A stretch of DNA of 64,000 nt from Dehalococcoidia bacterium (GTDB lineage Bacteria; Chloroflexota; Dehalococcoidia; Lucifugimonadales; UBA3495): NCBI GenBank assembly GCA_965232895.1, contig OZ247430.1, positions 387,388-451,387 on the forward strand, written 5' to 3'. This document shows, in pieces, positions 49,056-58,152 of this stretch; positions within the stretch are counted from its first letter, which is position 1, and each line of letters opens with the position of its first letter. Position numbers and translations under genes: made by a program. The notes below the pieces were generated by a model. That model saw nothing but the letters and a program-made list of their open reading frames with translations. It had not been told where the DNA came from and ran no database searches.

Positions 49056-51380
49056 CTACGAGCCGTTCTTTTCCCAGAGGGCCTCCAGGACGTTGCCCGG
49101 GTTCATGGGAAGGACGGTCAAGCGGACGCCTATGGCGTCGTAGATGGCATTGGCGATAGCAGCCATGGGAGGCACGATGGGCACCTCGCCCACGCCGCGG
49201 ACGCCGTAAGGATGGTTGGGGTTGTCAACCTCGACGATGCAGGTGTCGATCATCGGCAGGTCGAGGCTGGTGGGCATGCGGTAGTCCAGGAAGCTGGAGT
49301 TGACCATGTGCCCCTGGTCGTTGGTGTAGTACTCCTCGTTGAGGGCCCAGCCGATGCCCTGGACCGCGCCACCCTGGATCTGGCCTTCCACGTAGGAGGG
49401 GTGGATTGCCTTGCCAGCATCCTGGATGGCGGTGTAGCGGACAATTTCCACTTTGCCGGTGTCCTCGTCAACTTCCACGTCGACGATGTGGACGCCGATA
49501 CACGGTCCAGCTCCACCGGGGTTGACGCCGCCACGTCCCACGATGGGGCCGCCGGTGGGAACCTGGCGCGCGGCAAGTTGCTGGAAGGTCATCTGCAACT
49601 GGTCGTCGGCGCGGTGCTTGAGGACGCCGTCCTCATAGAGCACGTCGTCGGGCTCCACTTCCCAGATACGGGCGGCGCGGGCGATCATCTGCTGCCGCAC
49701 GTCCTGGGCCGCGGTGTACGCTGCGAAACCGGTCTTGAAGGTGACGCTGCTGCCGCCGGTGTTCGAGGTGAAGCCGATGCTGTCGGTGTCGCCGATTTGC
49801 GGGTTCACGTCCTCTACGGCGATGCCAAGCACCTCGGCCAACTGCTGGGCCACGGAGGCGCGGGTGCCGCCGATGTCGGGCGAGCCCTCGGTCAGCGTGA
49901 CGGTTCCGTCGGGGTTGACCAGCGCAACCGCGGCGGACGGGCCGGTGTTGTTGCCCCAGAAACCGGAGGCCACGCCACGACCACGCTTTTTCCCGCCTTT
50001 GGGCGCAGCGTAGTGGGGGTGAGCCTTGGTAGCTTCCAGGGTCTCGATGTAGCCGACGGTCGGGGTCAGCGGACCGGTGGGACGACGGGTGCCCTCCCTG
50101 GCGCTGTTGATGAGGCGGAGGTCGATGGGGTCAACGCCAAGTTTCTCGGCGAGTTCGTCCAAAGCGACTTCGACGCAGTAGGCCGCGGCCGGCGAGCCGG
50201 GGGCGCGGTAGGCCGCGGTCTTGGGCCGGTTGACCACGATGTCGTAGCCCTCGATCCAGGTGTTGGGGATGTCGTATGCGGCGAGCACGCAGTTGGCTGC
50301 GCCGGCGACGGGCGAACCGGGGAACGCGCCAGCCTCAAAGATCAGGTGGACCTCGGCGGCAGTGATCTTGCCGTCGTTGGTCGCGCCGATGCGGCAGGAG
50401 ATCTCGGTGCCGGAGGTTGGGCCCGTGGCTTCAAAGACCTCGGTGCGGTTCATGGACACCTTTACGGGAGCGTGGGCCTTGCGGGCCAGCAGAGCGGCCA
50501 GGGGTTCCATGTACACCGCGAGCTTGGCGCCAAAACCGCCGCCGATTTCCATGGGCACGGCCTTGACCTTGGATACGGGAATACCCACCAGGCGGGCCGT
50601 GTGGTCGCGGACGGTGAAGTGGCCCTGACTGCTGGAGTAGATGGTCAGGCTGCCGTCGTCGTGCCACATGGCGGTGCCGCTGTGCGGCTCGATGTAACCC
50701 TGGTGCACGGCGGAGGTGGAGACGCTGCGTTCCACGACAATGTCCGCATCGGCGAAACCGGCATCAAGGTCGCCCATGCGGAACTCGAAGTGGTTGGCGG
50801 TGTTTGTGCCGCGCGTGCTATCGTCGTCATCCAATACGCCGCCGGCGCGGGTGCCGGCAGTCTGGAACGCCGCGAGACGCTCGTGAACCAGGGTGGCGTC
50901 ATCCGCCATGGCCTCGCGGGCGTGCATGACCGGAGGCAGCGCTTCGTACTCGACGTCGATCAGGCTCAGGGCTTCCTCAGCCGTGTGAGCGTTGATCGCG
51001 GCGACGGCGGCGATGGCGTGGCCCTTATAAAGAGCTTTGTCCTGAGCCATGATGTTGTTGCTCAGGAATTTGAAGTTGACCATCGCGCCTTCGGCCAGGT
51101 CGGAGGCGCGGCCGGTGGGCTCCACGATGTCGGCTCCGGTGATGACGGCGCGGACGCCGGGCGCGGCCTCGGCACGGCTGGTGTCGATGGACTTGATGCG
51201 CGCATGGGCATGGGGGCTGCGCAGGACCTTGCCATAGAGCATGCCGGGCAGGTTCAGGTCAGCGCTGTAGCGAGCCATGCCCGTGACTTTGTCGGCGCCG
51301 TCGTGGCGGACCGGGCGAGTCCCGACTACCTTATATTCTTTGTCGCTAGTCAGGACCATGTTGGGGGTGTAGTCCAGCAT
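49056..51380 (-). CDS. Xanthine dehydrogenase / aldehyde oxidase / CoxL-family molybdopterin-binding large subunit
   Basis: 774 aa. N-terminal hammerhead region (GTRPVRHDGADKVTG.ARY..D), KTAAYRAPGSP, C-terminal GVGE..IVP. Confidence 0.85.
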   Translation of the reverse strand: MLDYTPNMVLTSDKEYKVVGTRPVRHDGADKVTGMARYSADLNLPGMLYGKVLRSPHAHARIKSIDTSRAEAAPGVRAVITGADIVEPTGRASDLAEGAMVNFKFLSNNIMAQDKALYKGHAIAAVAAINAHTAEEALSLIDVEYEALPPVMHAREAMADDATLVHERLAAFQTAGTRAGGVLDDDDSTRGTNTANHFEFRMGDLDAGFADADIVVERSVSTSAVHQGYIEPHSGTAMWHDDGSLTIYSSSQGHFTVRDHTARLVGIPVSKVKAVPMEIGGGFGAKLAVYMEPLAALLARKAHAPVKVSMNRTEVFEATGPTSGTEISCRIGATNDGKITAAEVHLIFEAGAFPGSPVAGAANCVLAAYDIPNTWIEGYDIVVNRPKTAAYRAPGSPAAAYCVEVALDELAEKLGVDPIDLRLINSAREGTRRPTGPLTPTVGYIETLEATKAHPHYAAPKGGKKRGRGVASGFWGNNTGPSAAVALVNPDGTVTLTEGSPDIGGTRASVAQQLAEVLGIAVEDVNPQIGDTDSIGFTSNTGGSSVTFKTGFAAYTAAQDVRQQMIARAARIWEVEPDDVLYEDGVLKHRADDQLQMTFQQLAARQVPTGGPIVGRGGVNPGGAGPCIGVHIVDVEVDEDTGKVEIVRYTAIQDAGKAIHPSYVEGQIQGGAVQGIGWALNEEYYTNDQGHMVNSSFLDYRMPTSLDLPMIDTCIVEVDNPNHPYGVRGVGEVPIVPPMAAIANAIYDAIGVRLTVLPMNPGNVLEALWEKNGS

Positions 51381-51586
51381 TAGTTATTCCTCCGGCTGGT
51401 ACGAAAATTGCGGGCTGAACACGGGCGGAACAGAGCCCAAAATCCCGTGCCGGCAGTATGATAGCATAGCGAACAAACCGATGGGACGGGCTGATTTACG
51501 TCCCGCGTTAACGTCCGGTGAACGTTTGCTTGCGGGCGCCATGACAACAGTGCGCGGGCATTTACAACACTCAACAGGCGGGAAGC

Positions 51587-52474
51587 ATGGATACCATCAT
51601 CATCAAGGGATGTCTGAACGGCAGCCGCGCTCGGGAGCACAACCCCAACGTACCGCTGACGCCCGAGGAAGTGGCGCAGGAGGCCATCCGGTGCTACGAA
51701 GCCGGAGCGTCGATTGTGCACATCCACGCCAGGACGCCGGACGGCGGCATCAGCTACGACCCGGCCTGGTACGCGCAGACGGACGCGATGATACGGGCGC
51801 AATGCGACCTGGTGCTGAACCACACCACGGCGCGGCAGGCTCACGTGCCGGTGGAGGCGGTGACGCGGTACTTGTTGGAGACGCCGCAGCCGGTGGAGAT
51901 GGTATCGCTGAACCTGGGTTCCGGTACCCGCTGGATCCCCGATCCGGAAACCGGGCAACGGCGCACGGTGACCAGCCCGAACTCTTTTGAGGACATCGTG
52001 GCCACCCTGGACGCGTGCTACCAGCGCGGCACTTTCCCGGAGCCGGCGGTACACGACGTGGGCAACGTGAACGCCGCCATCACCCTGATGCGGGAGGGCT
52101 ACATCCGGGATTCCCGCTACTTCCTGGTGGAGCCGGGCGCCCACTGGGGCGACGGACGGGTGAACATGGTCGGCTCGCCGCGCAACTACATGCTCATCGC
52201 CGACACCATCCGGGAACACTACCCGGAGGCCACCTGGCTGGCGCACAGCAGCCTGGAGCAAACCTTCCCGCTGTGCGCCATCGCCATCGTCACGGGAGCG
52301 CACATTCGTGTCGGCATGGAAGACAGCCCGTTCCTGCCCAACAACCCCGAGCCCAGGTCGAACGCTGAGTACATCGAGTGGGCGGTCACCATGGCGCGGC
52401 TGCACGGTCGCGAGCCGGCGACGCCGCAGCAGGCGCGGGATATGCTGGGATTGAACCCGTATCCGGAGGCGTAA
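51587..52474 (+). CDS. 3-keto-5-aminohexanoate cleavage enzyme family (BKACE/DUF849)
   Basis: IIKGCLNGSR...NPNVPLTPEEVAQEAIRCYEAGASIVHIHAR, the typical BKACE N-terminus. Confidence 0.8.
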   Translation: MDTIIIKGCLNGSRAREHNPNVPLTPEEVAQEAIRCYEAGASIVHIHARTPDGGISYDPAWYAQTDAMIRAQCDLVLNHTTARQAHVPVEAVTRYLLETPQPVEMVSLNLGSGTRWIPDPETGQRRTVTSPNSFEDIVATLDACYQRGTFPEPAVHDVGNVNAAITLMREGYIRDSRYFLVEPGAHWGDGRVNMVGSPRNYMLIADTIREHYPEATWLAHSSLEQTFPLCAIAIVTGAHIRVGMEDSPFLPNNPEPRSNAEYIEWAVTMARLHGREPATPQQARDMLGLNPYPEA

Positions 52475-52519
52475 CGCAAGTGCCACCGCAGGGTCTGGCG
52501 GAGAGGCAACCAGCGGAAA

Positions 52520-53341
52520 TCAATCGATGCGACGGCCGCGCCAGTACTGGGGCGGCCGTTGGTAATCCTGGCCGCTACGGCCGCCACCGGATCGGGATAC
52601 TCCGCCCGGGCCACGCCGGAAGGGTCGAACGGCCAACCCCACGATGGCGCCCACCACGAAGCCGCCGATGTGGGCGAAAAACGCCGTGGAGACCTCATGG
52701 CTCACCCCAATTGAGAGGAGTCCCTGGATGGCCTGGAGGGCGAACCAGATGACGAGGAGCCAGACCGCGCGCAGTTCAATGACCGTGATCAAAAAGTAGA
52801 TCAGCAGGGTGCGGATCCGGTTGCGGGGGTACAGAATCAGATACGCGCCCATCACGCCGGAGATGGCGCCGCTGGCTCCGACCAGAGGGATCTGCGAGGA
52901 CGGATCGATGGCGTAATGGGAAAGGGTCGCCAGAACGCCGGCCACGAGGTAGAACAACAGGTACTTGACGTGACCGAAGGTATCTTCGATGTTGTCGCCG
53001 AACACCCACAGGAACAGCATGTTGCCGATGAAGTGCATCAGGCTGCCATGGATGAACATGGACGTGAGCATCGTTCCCCAGGTCGGGATCGGGGAAGTGA
53101 TGTCGACCCCGCCGGCGCCGATCGGGAGCAATTCGAAGCCACGGCCCGACGAGAGTTCGGCGGGTATGAAGCCGAACTCCAGGAAGAACACGAAGATCGG
53201 CAGGCCGCCCCCACCGAAGAGGAACCCAAAGCCTCCGACGCTGATCTCGTAGAGAAATACGAGGGAGTTGAGCCCGATCAGGACAAGGTTGACGACCGGG
53301 AAGGAGCCGTGACGCCGCCCGGCGTCGGAGATGGGGAGCAC
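52520..53341 (-). CDS. Rhomboid-family intramembrane serine protease
   Basis: FIHGSLMHFIGNMLFLWVFG and the catalytic GASGAISGVMGAY motifs, plus a downstream His (FAHIGGF). Confidence 0.85.
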   Translation of the reverse strand: MLPISDAGRRHGSFPVVNLVLIGLNSLVFLYEISVGGFGFLFGGGGLPIFVFFLEFGFIPAELSSGRGFELLPIGAGGVDITSPIPTWGTMLTSMFIHGSLMHFIGNMLFLWVFGDNIEDTFGHVKYLLFYLVAGVLATLSHYAIDPSSQIPLVGASGAISGVMGAYLILYPRNRIRTLLIYFLITVIELRAVWLLVIWFALQAIQGLLSIGVSHEVSTAFFAHIGGFVVGAIVGLAVRPFRRGPGGVSRSGGGRSGQDYQRPPQYWRGRRID

Positions 53342-53343
53342 GG

Positions 53344-54054
53344 CTAGGCGGGGACTGCTGCCGCGATGTCTTCCGTGGCGTGGGCGATGATTTCAGCGGC
53401 CGTGCTCTGGGAGATGCGGCCGATGTTAAGCATCAGGTGGAACTTGGCGGGATCGTTCGCTTCGGCCCGGAAGAACTTGCGGTAGAAGGTTACCCGAGCG
53501 TTCTCCAGCTCTTCCGAATAAGCCCGAGCCTCCTCGGAGGAGAACAACTCGCGCTTGGCCATGGTGTCGATGCGAACGTCCATGGGAGCGAGGAGGCCGA
53601 CGTGAATCACGCCGGGCGCGTCGGCCAGGATCATGTTGCTGCCGCGGCCGATAATGACGACGTCGCCGCCGGCTGCCAGTTCCTTGATCACGGAAGTCGT
53701 GGCCTCGATGAACGCCCGGTCGTGGACGTTGGATGAGGAAGCGGCGTCCGAAACCAGCTCAGTGTAGGCCTCGGCGGGCAGCATCTCGATGCCGCGGCCG
53801 AAGTAGGGTTCGGCGCCGGCGCCGGCCACGGCCGAGCGTTCGAGAACGGTCTGCATGAAGCGGGCGACTTTTTCGCGGAACGGGACCACCCGCTGCTCTT
53901 TCTCGATCAGCCGGCTGATCGGCGAGCCGACCAGGCGAGCCGCCTCGGAGAATATGTACCGGTCGACGTAATTCAGGCCCATGTTCTGGGCGACCAGATG
54001 GCCGATTTCCAGCGTACCGCTGCCGATTACGCCGTTGATGGTTATGACCGGCAT
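53344..54054 (-). CDS. Cytidylate-kinase-like family protein
   Basis: VITINGVIGSGTLEIGHLVA P-loop-like N-terminus. 236 aa. Layout typical of the CMK-like AAA family. Confidence 0.6.
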   Translation of the reverse strand: MPVITINGVIGSGTLEIGHLVAQNMGLNYVDRYIFSEAARLVGSPISRLIEKEQRVVPFREKVARFMQTVLERSAVAGAGAEPYFGRGIEMLPAEAYTELVSDAASSSNVHDRAFIEATTSVIKELAAGGDVVIIGRGSNMILADAPGVIHVGLLAPMDVRIDTMAKRELFSSEEARAYSEELENARVTFYRKFFRAEANDPAKFHLMLNIGRISQSTAAEIIAHATEDIAAAVPA

Positions 54055-54080
54055 GATGATTCCTCCATCTCGGACGCCAA

Positions 54081-54668
54081 TTACGCCGTGTATTGGGCCA
54101 AGACCCGTTCGCGGCGGCGGTGGTACTCGTCGGAGAGCAAACCCATGGCGAAGGAGTCGTACCAGTTGCCGTCCTTCCGGTGGGTACGGCGCAAGTGACC
54201 CTCAAGCACAAATCCCAAGTGCCGGAACATCTGCAACGCGTGCTCGTTGTACTCGGGAACGTCCACCCAGACGCGGTGGAGTTCGAGGTTGTCGAAAGCC
54301 TCGTCGAGGAGGGTAATCAGAGCCGAAGTCCCGTAGTGGTGGTGCCAAAGATCCTTGCGGCCAATCAGGATGAAGAGCTGCGCTTCTTCCAGGGGCCATT
54401 CCACGAGCAACTGGCCCTCGCCGATGTGGGCCTCGTCAGTGGCGTAGATGGAGTAAATGCGCCGCTCGTCCTGGTTGAACGTGTGCTGCCACGTGTCTTC
54501 ATCGGCGTCCTGGATGGACTCGGGGGCGTAACCGATGTGTAGAGCGTGGCCGTCGGCGTCATCGGTGCCGTACCACAGCGAACTTACCTCGGGATCACGC
54601 AGCCAATCGCGGATGCGGGAAATATCGTCTCGGGAAACGTCTGAGATCAGGCTAACTGTTGGGAACAT
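54081..54668 (-). CDS. GNAT-family N-acetyltransferase
   Basis: HHHYGTSALITLLDEAFDNLELHRVWVDVPEYNEHALQMFRHLGF (acetyl-CoA-binding region). GGAGG upstream of ATG 54668. Confidence 0.75.
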   Translation of the reverse strand: MFPTVSLISDVSRDDISRIRDWLRDPEVSSLWYGTDDADGHALHIGYAPESIQDADEDTWQHTFNQDERRIYSIYATDEAHIGEGQLLVEWPLEEAQLFILIGRKDLWHHHYGTSALITLLDEAFDNLELHRVWVDVPEYNEHALQMFRHLGFVLEGHLRRTHRKDGNWYDSFAMGLLSDEYHRRRERVLAQYTA

Positions 54669-54795
54669 ATACCGGCCTCCTAGAACTGCAATGGTAATGA
54701 TTGTCCAACTTTCCGGGGGCCAAATTGAGTACAAGGAATTACCCGGATTATAACACGGCGGTGCGTGCGAAACGGGTCCGACACCATCAAGAAAT

Positions 54796-54829
54796 CGATG
54801 AGGGGCGAACCGGAATTCGCCCCTCATCG
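54796..54829 (-). terminator. Hairpin downstream of aroG (palindrome family A)
   Basis: cgatgaggggcgaa-ccggaa-ttcgcccctcatcg, a 14-bp stem. On the minus strand it is followed by atttctt. Confidence 0.55.
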
Positions 54830-54855
54830 GATCGTGCGGACATGCAGATTGGGAG

Positions 54856-55929
54856 CTAATCTGCGGGTACGGCGACCTCGCTGCCGATGGCCTCGTAGGC
54901 CCATTCGAGCAGGTCCACGGTCTCATCCCAACCGATGCAGGAATCGGTAATGGAGATGCCGTATTCGAGGTCCGACGGATCTCCGCCGAGCTTCTGTGCG
55001 CCGGGATGGATATTGCTCTCGAGCATGACGCCGATGAGATCGGAGTTGCCGGCCATTCGCTGCTGCAGCACGTCGCGGAAAGCGATGTGCTGGCGGGTGT
55101 GGTCCTTGTTGGAATTGCCGTGGCTGCAATCCACCACTATTGGCGAAGGCGCGCCCGATTTGCGGAGAGCGTCAGCGGCGGCAGAGATGGAACGGGCATC
55201 GAAGTTGGTTCCGCTGCGCCCGCCGCGCATGACCAGGTGGCAGTTGGGATTGCCGCGGGTCTCGACAATGGAGGCCTGGCCGTCGTGGTCGATGCCCAGG
55301 AAAGCCTGAGGGGTGCCGGCAGCGACGAGGGCGTCCACAGCGGTCTGGGGGTCGCCGTCAGTGCCATTCTTGAAACCGACGGGCATGGACAGGCCGGAAG
55401 CCATCTGGCGGTGGATCTGGCTCTCAGTGGTGCGCGCGCCGATGGCGGCCCAGGTTACGAGGTCGGCGACGTACTGTGGCACGATTGGGTCGAGGAATTC
55501 GGTGGCGGAACTCAGTCCGGTTTCAGCGATCTCCATGAGGAGTTTGCGAGCGCGGTGGAGGCCGTCTTCAATCTGGTAGGTGTCGTTGAGGTTGGGGTCG
55601 TAAATGAGGCCCTTCCAACCGACGGTGGTGCGCGGCTTCTCGAAGTACACGCGCATGACGATCATGATGCGGTCGCTGAGCCGGTCGGCTAGCGGCTTGA
55701 GACGCGCCGCGTAGTCCAGTGCGCCCGAATGGTCGTGAATGGAGCAGGGGCCAACGATGACGGCAAAGCGCTCGTCTTCGCCGTTGAGCACGTTCTCGAG
55801 TTGTCGCCGGCTTTCGAGCACGACCTCTTCTGCCCTGGTGGTAAGGGGAATGCGGGCCTCCAGTTCGGAAGGCCGGACCAGCGCGTTGTTACTCATCACG
55901 TTCACGTCTTTTGCCGGTGAGATTGCCAT
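54856..55929 (-). CDS. aroG: 3-deoxy-7-phosphoheptulonate (DAHP) synthase, class I
   Basis: VIVGPCSIHD and KPRTTVGWKGLIYDP signatures. GGAGG lies 9 nt upstream of ATG 55929. Confidence 0.9.
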   Translation of the reverse strand: MAISPAKDVNVMSNNALVRPSELEARIPLTTRAEEVVLESRRQLENVLNGEDERFAVIVGPCSIHDHSGALDYAARLKPLADRLSDRIMIVMRVYFEKPRTTVGWKGLIYDPNLNDTYQIEDGLHRARKLLMEIAETGLSSATEFLDPIVPQYVADLVTWAAIGARTTESQIHRQMASGLSMPVGFKNGTDGDPQTAVDALVAAGTPQAFLGIDHDGQASIVETRGNPNCHLVMRGGRSGTNFDARSISAAADALRKSGAPSPIVVDCSHGNSNKDHTRQHIAFRDVLQQRMAGNSDLIGVMLESNIHPGAQKLGGDPSDLEYGISITDSCIGWDETVDLLEWAYEAIGSEVAVPAD

Positions 55930-55975
55930 CTTTTTGTCCTCCTGACGGTGCCGGATGCAAGGGGCCGATGTTACC

Positions 55976-56012
55976 AACAAAAAGGACTTCAGCCTCCGTC
56001 CGGCTGAAGTCC
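55976..56012 (-). terminator. Intrinsic terminator immediately upstream of aroG (candidate attenuator)
   Basis: Minus strand: GGACUUCAGCC-GGACGGA-GGCUGAAGUCC-UUUUGUU. 11-bp perfect stem, 47 nt upstream of the aroG ATG. Confidence 0.75.
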
Positions 56013-56037
56013 TGCCAAAGTGGTTGTCACCAATTTC

Positions 56038-56142
56038 TTATCGGGCTTCCCATGCCGGGTTTACGCTGGCCGTGTTGCGGTAAGCGTAAAAGTAAAATGG
56101 GCGATAATACCCGGGGACGATTTGGCGGCAGGCGGTACTCAT
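56038..56142 (-). CDS. Candidate leader peptide, Tyr/Phe-rich (34 codons)
   Basis: ATG 56142 ... TAA 56038 encodes MSTACRQIVPGYYRPFYFYAYRNTASVNPAWEAR. It starts 10 nt after a -10-like hexamer and ends 25 nt before the terminator stem. Confidence 0.5.
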   Translation of the reverse strand: MSTACRQIVPGYYRPFYFYAYRNTASVNPAWEAR

Positions 56143-56152
56143 TTTGACGAAA

Positions 56153-56181
56153 ATGCTACTCCCGTCATATTGCGTTGTCAA
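56153..56181 (-). promoter_or_regulatory. Sigma70-like promoter candidate (TTGACA-17-TAGCAT)
   Basis: Minus strand: TTGACA (56181-76), 17-nt spacer, TAGCAT (56158-53). The spacing to the ATG implies a leaderless or near-leaderless transcript. Confidence 0.5.
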
Positions 56182-56243
56182 CGGCGGGAAGGCCCTATTT
56201 CGCAAATTGCTGGTGAAACCGTACCCGTGCGGCACGATACGAA

Positions 56244-57071
56244 CTATTGCGACCGTCCCGCGAGTTCAGCCACGACGGCGGCCCCGCGGTCAGCGGCTTG
56301 CTCGTCGGGACCATCGGACAGCGCGCGCACCAACAAACTGCCGACCACCGCCGCATCTGCCCTCTCGCCAACGTTCAGCACGTGCTCGCGGCTGGAGATG
56401 CCGAAGCCGACCGTGATCGGGAGGTCTGTACGCTGGCGGACCCGGTCGACCAGGTCCAGGCCGCGGCCGGACAACTCGGAACGAGCCCCGGTGATCCCCA
56501 CCACGCTGGTGCAATAGACGAAACCGCCGCCCAGCGCGACCGACCGTTCGATGCTCTCGTCGGTGCTGGTGGGAGCGAGCAGCGGGATCAGGCGCACTCC
56601 GCAGGGATCGAGTTCGGACACAAACGCCTCAGCCTCCGAGCTCGGCAGGTCAACGATGATCAGGCCATCGACGGTGGCCTCGGAACAGGCCGCGGCAAAT
56701 TCCTTCAGTCCGAAGGACATGACCGGGTTGTAGTACCCCATCAGGATGAGCGGGGTGTCGCCGACCCGAGGGCGGAGCGCAGCCGCAGTATCCAGGCAGT
56801 CCCGAGCGGTGACGCCGTTTTGCAAGGCCACGAAACTGGAGGCCTGGATCACGGGCCCCTCGCCGATTGGATCGCTGAACGGTATCCCCAGTTCTATGGC
56901 ATCGGCGCCGGCTTCCACCAGTCGCGGGACTACGTCCAGGGCCGCATCCTTATACGGATGACCTACGGTGACGAAGACCACGAGGCCGGGCCGGTCCTCA
57001 GCCTTGATGGCAGCGAACTTGGCGGCGATACGGTCAGGACGGGTTGCAGTCGAAATCGACATGGGCGGCAC
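56244..57071 (-). CDS. trpA: Tryptophan synthase alpha chain
   Basis: GADAIELGIPFSDPIGEGPVIQ, the TrpA signature. The start could be GTG 57071 or ATG 57062. No trpB adjacent. Confidence 0.9.
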   Translation of the reverse strand: MPPMSISTATRPDRIAAKFAAIKAEDRPGLVVFVTVGHPYKDAALDVVPRLVEAGADAIELGIPFSDPIGEGPVIQASSFVALQNGVTARDCLDTAAALRPRVGDTPLILMGYYNPVMSFGLKEFAAACSEATVDGLIIVDLPSSEAEAFVSELDPCGVRLIPLLAPTSTDESIERSVALGGGFVYCTSVVGITGARSELSGRGLDLVDRVRQRTDLPITVGFGISSREHVLNVGERADAAVVGSLLVRALSDGPDEQAADRGAAVVAELAGRSQ

Positions 57072-57194
57072 TCGGGGAAGTTCGGATTACAACTAGACTA
57101 TCCTACGGGCCGGCGGGTGTCCAGACAGCGCGGACGAACGTTCGGCCGCAGCGATACCGGATCAATCGCCTGCGGACTGTTGACACTCACCAAC

Positions 57195-57962
57195 CTACAG
57201 GCCGAACCATGTGCTGAGCACGGCCACCAGGTTCTGGGCGGCGTGCACGGCGATGCACGGCCACAGCGAGCCGGTGCGTTGGTACAGGAAACCCAACAGC
57301 AGGCCGGTGACGAACACGGGCAGCAGCAAGGCGGGAGCGAGGTGGAGCGCGGAGAACACGGCCGCCGACACGATCAGGGCTGGCGCGAATCCCCAGCGGT
57401 TGATGAGGCCGCGCAGGATGAATCCGCGGAAGAACACCTCCTCGGCAATTGGCGTCCAGACCGCCAGGGCCACGGCGCTGAATACGACCCAACCTCCGGG
57501 CAGCAGCAGTCCGTCCGGCAGCTCGGGAGGCATCAGGAAGTCCCAACCCAAGGTAAGCGCGGCCATGGTGTAAACCTGGGCGAACCCGAGGCTGCCAATC
57601 AACGCGGCTACCACCAGCAGCGTGGTGATTAGGCGCGAAGTGCGAGGTCTGGTGAACCCGACCAGGGCCCACGGAGGCGGCCAGGCGCGGATGGCGAGGA
57701 GCCATACCAGAACGACCTGGAGCACTCCCAGGACGGTGGCGGAAATCACGGCGGCCACGGCGAGGGGGATCAGCAAGGCCAGAGACGCCACCAGCGCCGC
57801 AGAGGGCACAAGCACCATCAACCCGAGAGCGGGCTGCCAGATACCCCACTTGAGAGCATCGGATTGAACGGTAGCATCCGCAGACACTGCCTGGCATCCA
57901 GGACATTCCGGAGCGCCGGGCGCAAGCGCGGCGCCGCAATGGGTGCAGAACGATTGCATCAT
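57195..57962 (-). CDS. CPBP-family intramembrane glutamic endopeptidase with an N-terminal zinc ribbon
   Basis: CTHCG..x..CPGC ribbon. CPBP motifs EEVFFRG, FSALH and HAAQN. Start taken at ATG 57962. Confidence 0.8.
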   Translation of the reverse strand: MMQSFCTHCGAALAPGAPECPGCQAVSADATVQSDALKWGIWQPALGLMVLVPSAALVASLALLIPLAVAAVISATVLGVLQVVLVWLLAIRAWPPPWALVGFTRPRTSRLITTLLVVAALIGSLGFAQVYTMAALTLGWDFLMPPELPDGLLLPGGWVVFSAVALAVWTPIAEEVFFRGFILRGLINRWGFAPALIVSAAVFSALHLAPALLLPVFVTGLLLGFLYQRTGSLWPCIAVHAAQNLVAVLSTWFGL

Positions 57963-58074
57963 GACAACGTCATCGTGGATGGACCCCAAAGTTTGACGAT
58001 GCAGTATAGAGTACAGGCGCGACCGCGGGCCGATTTGGCGTGGGCCGGCATGCCCGCAGGGGCAACGGTCACAT

Positions 58075-58103
58075 TTGCCAACTTGGGCGCATTGGGCCAT
58101 AAT
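58075..58103 (+). promoter_or_regulatory. Sigma70-like promoter candidate (TTGCCA-17-CATAAT)
   Basis: ttgcca 58075-80, 17-nt spacer, cataat 58098-103, about 50 nt upstream of ATG 58153. Confidence 0.45.
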
Positions 58104-58152
58104 TGCGACGCCGCCTGGACAGCAGATCACGGCGATGTTGCGGGGAGAGCGA

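Noticed and set aside
49212-51383. 723-aa ORF antisense to the molybdenum hydroxylase gene
   Set aside because: Low-complexity Gly/Asp/Val/Ala content. The minus-strand frame is clearly the XDH/CoxL family.
56038-56235. 65-aa table ORF as a conventional protein-coding gene
   Set aside because: Its GTG start has no SD and lies 9 nt after the trpA stop. A good promoter match falls inside it. The 34-codon version starting at ATG 56142 fits a leader-peptide model better.
56247-57632. 461-aa ORF spanning the antisense of trpA and the CPBP gene
   Set aside because: It crosses an intergenic region and two well-supported genes on the other strand. No motifs.
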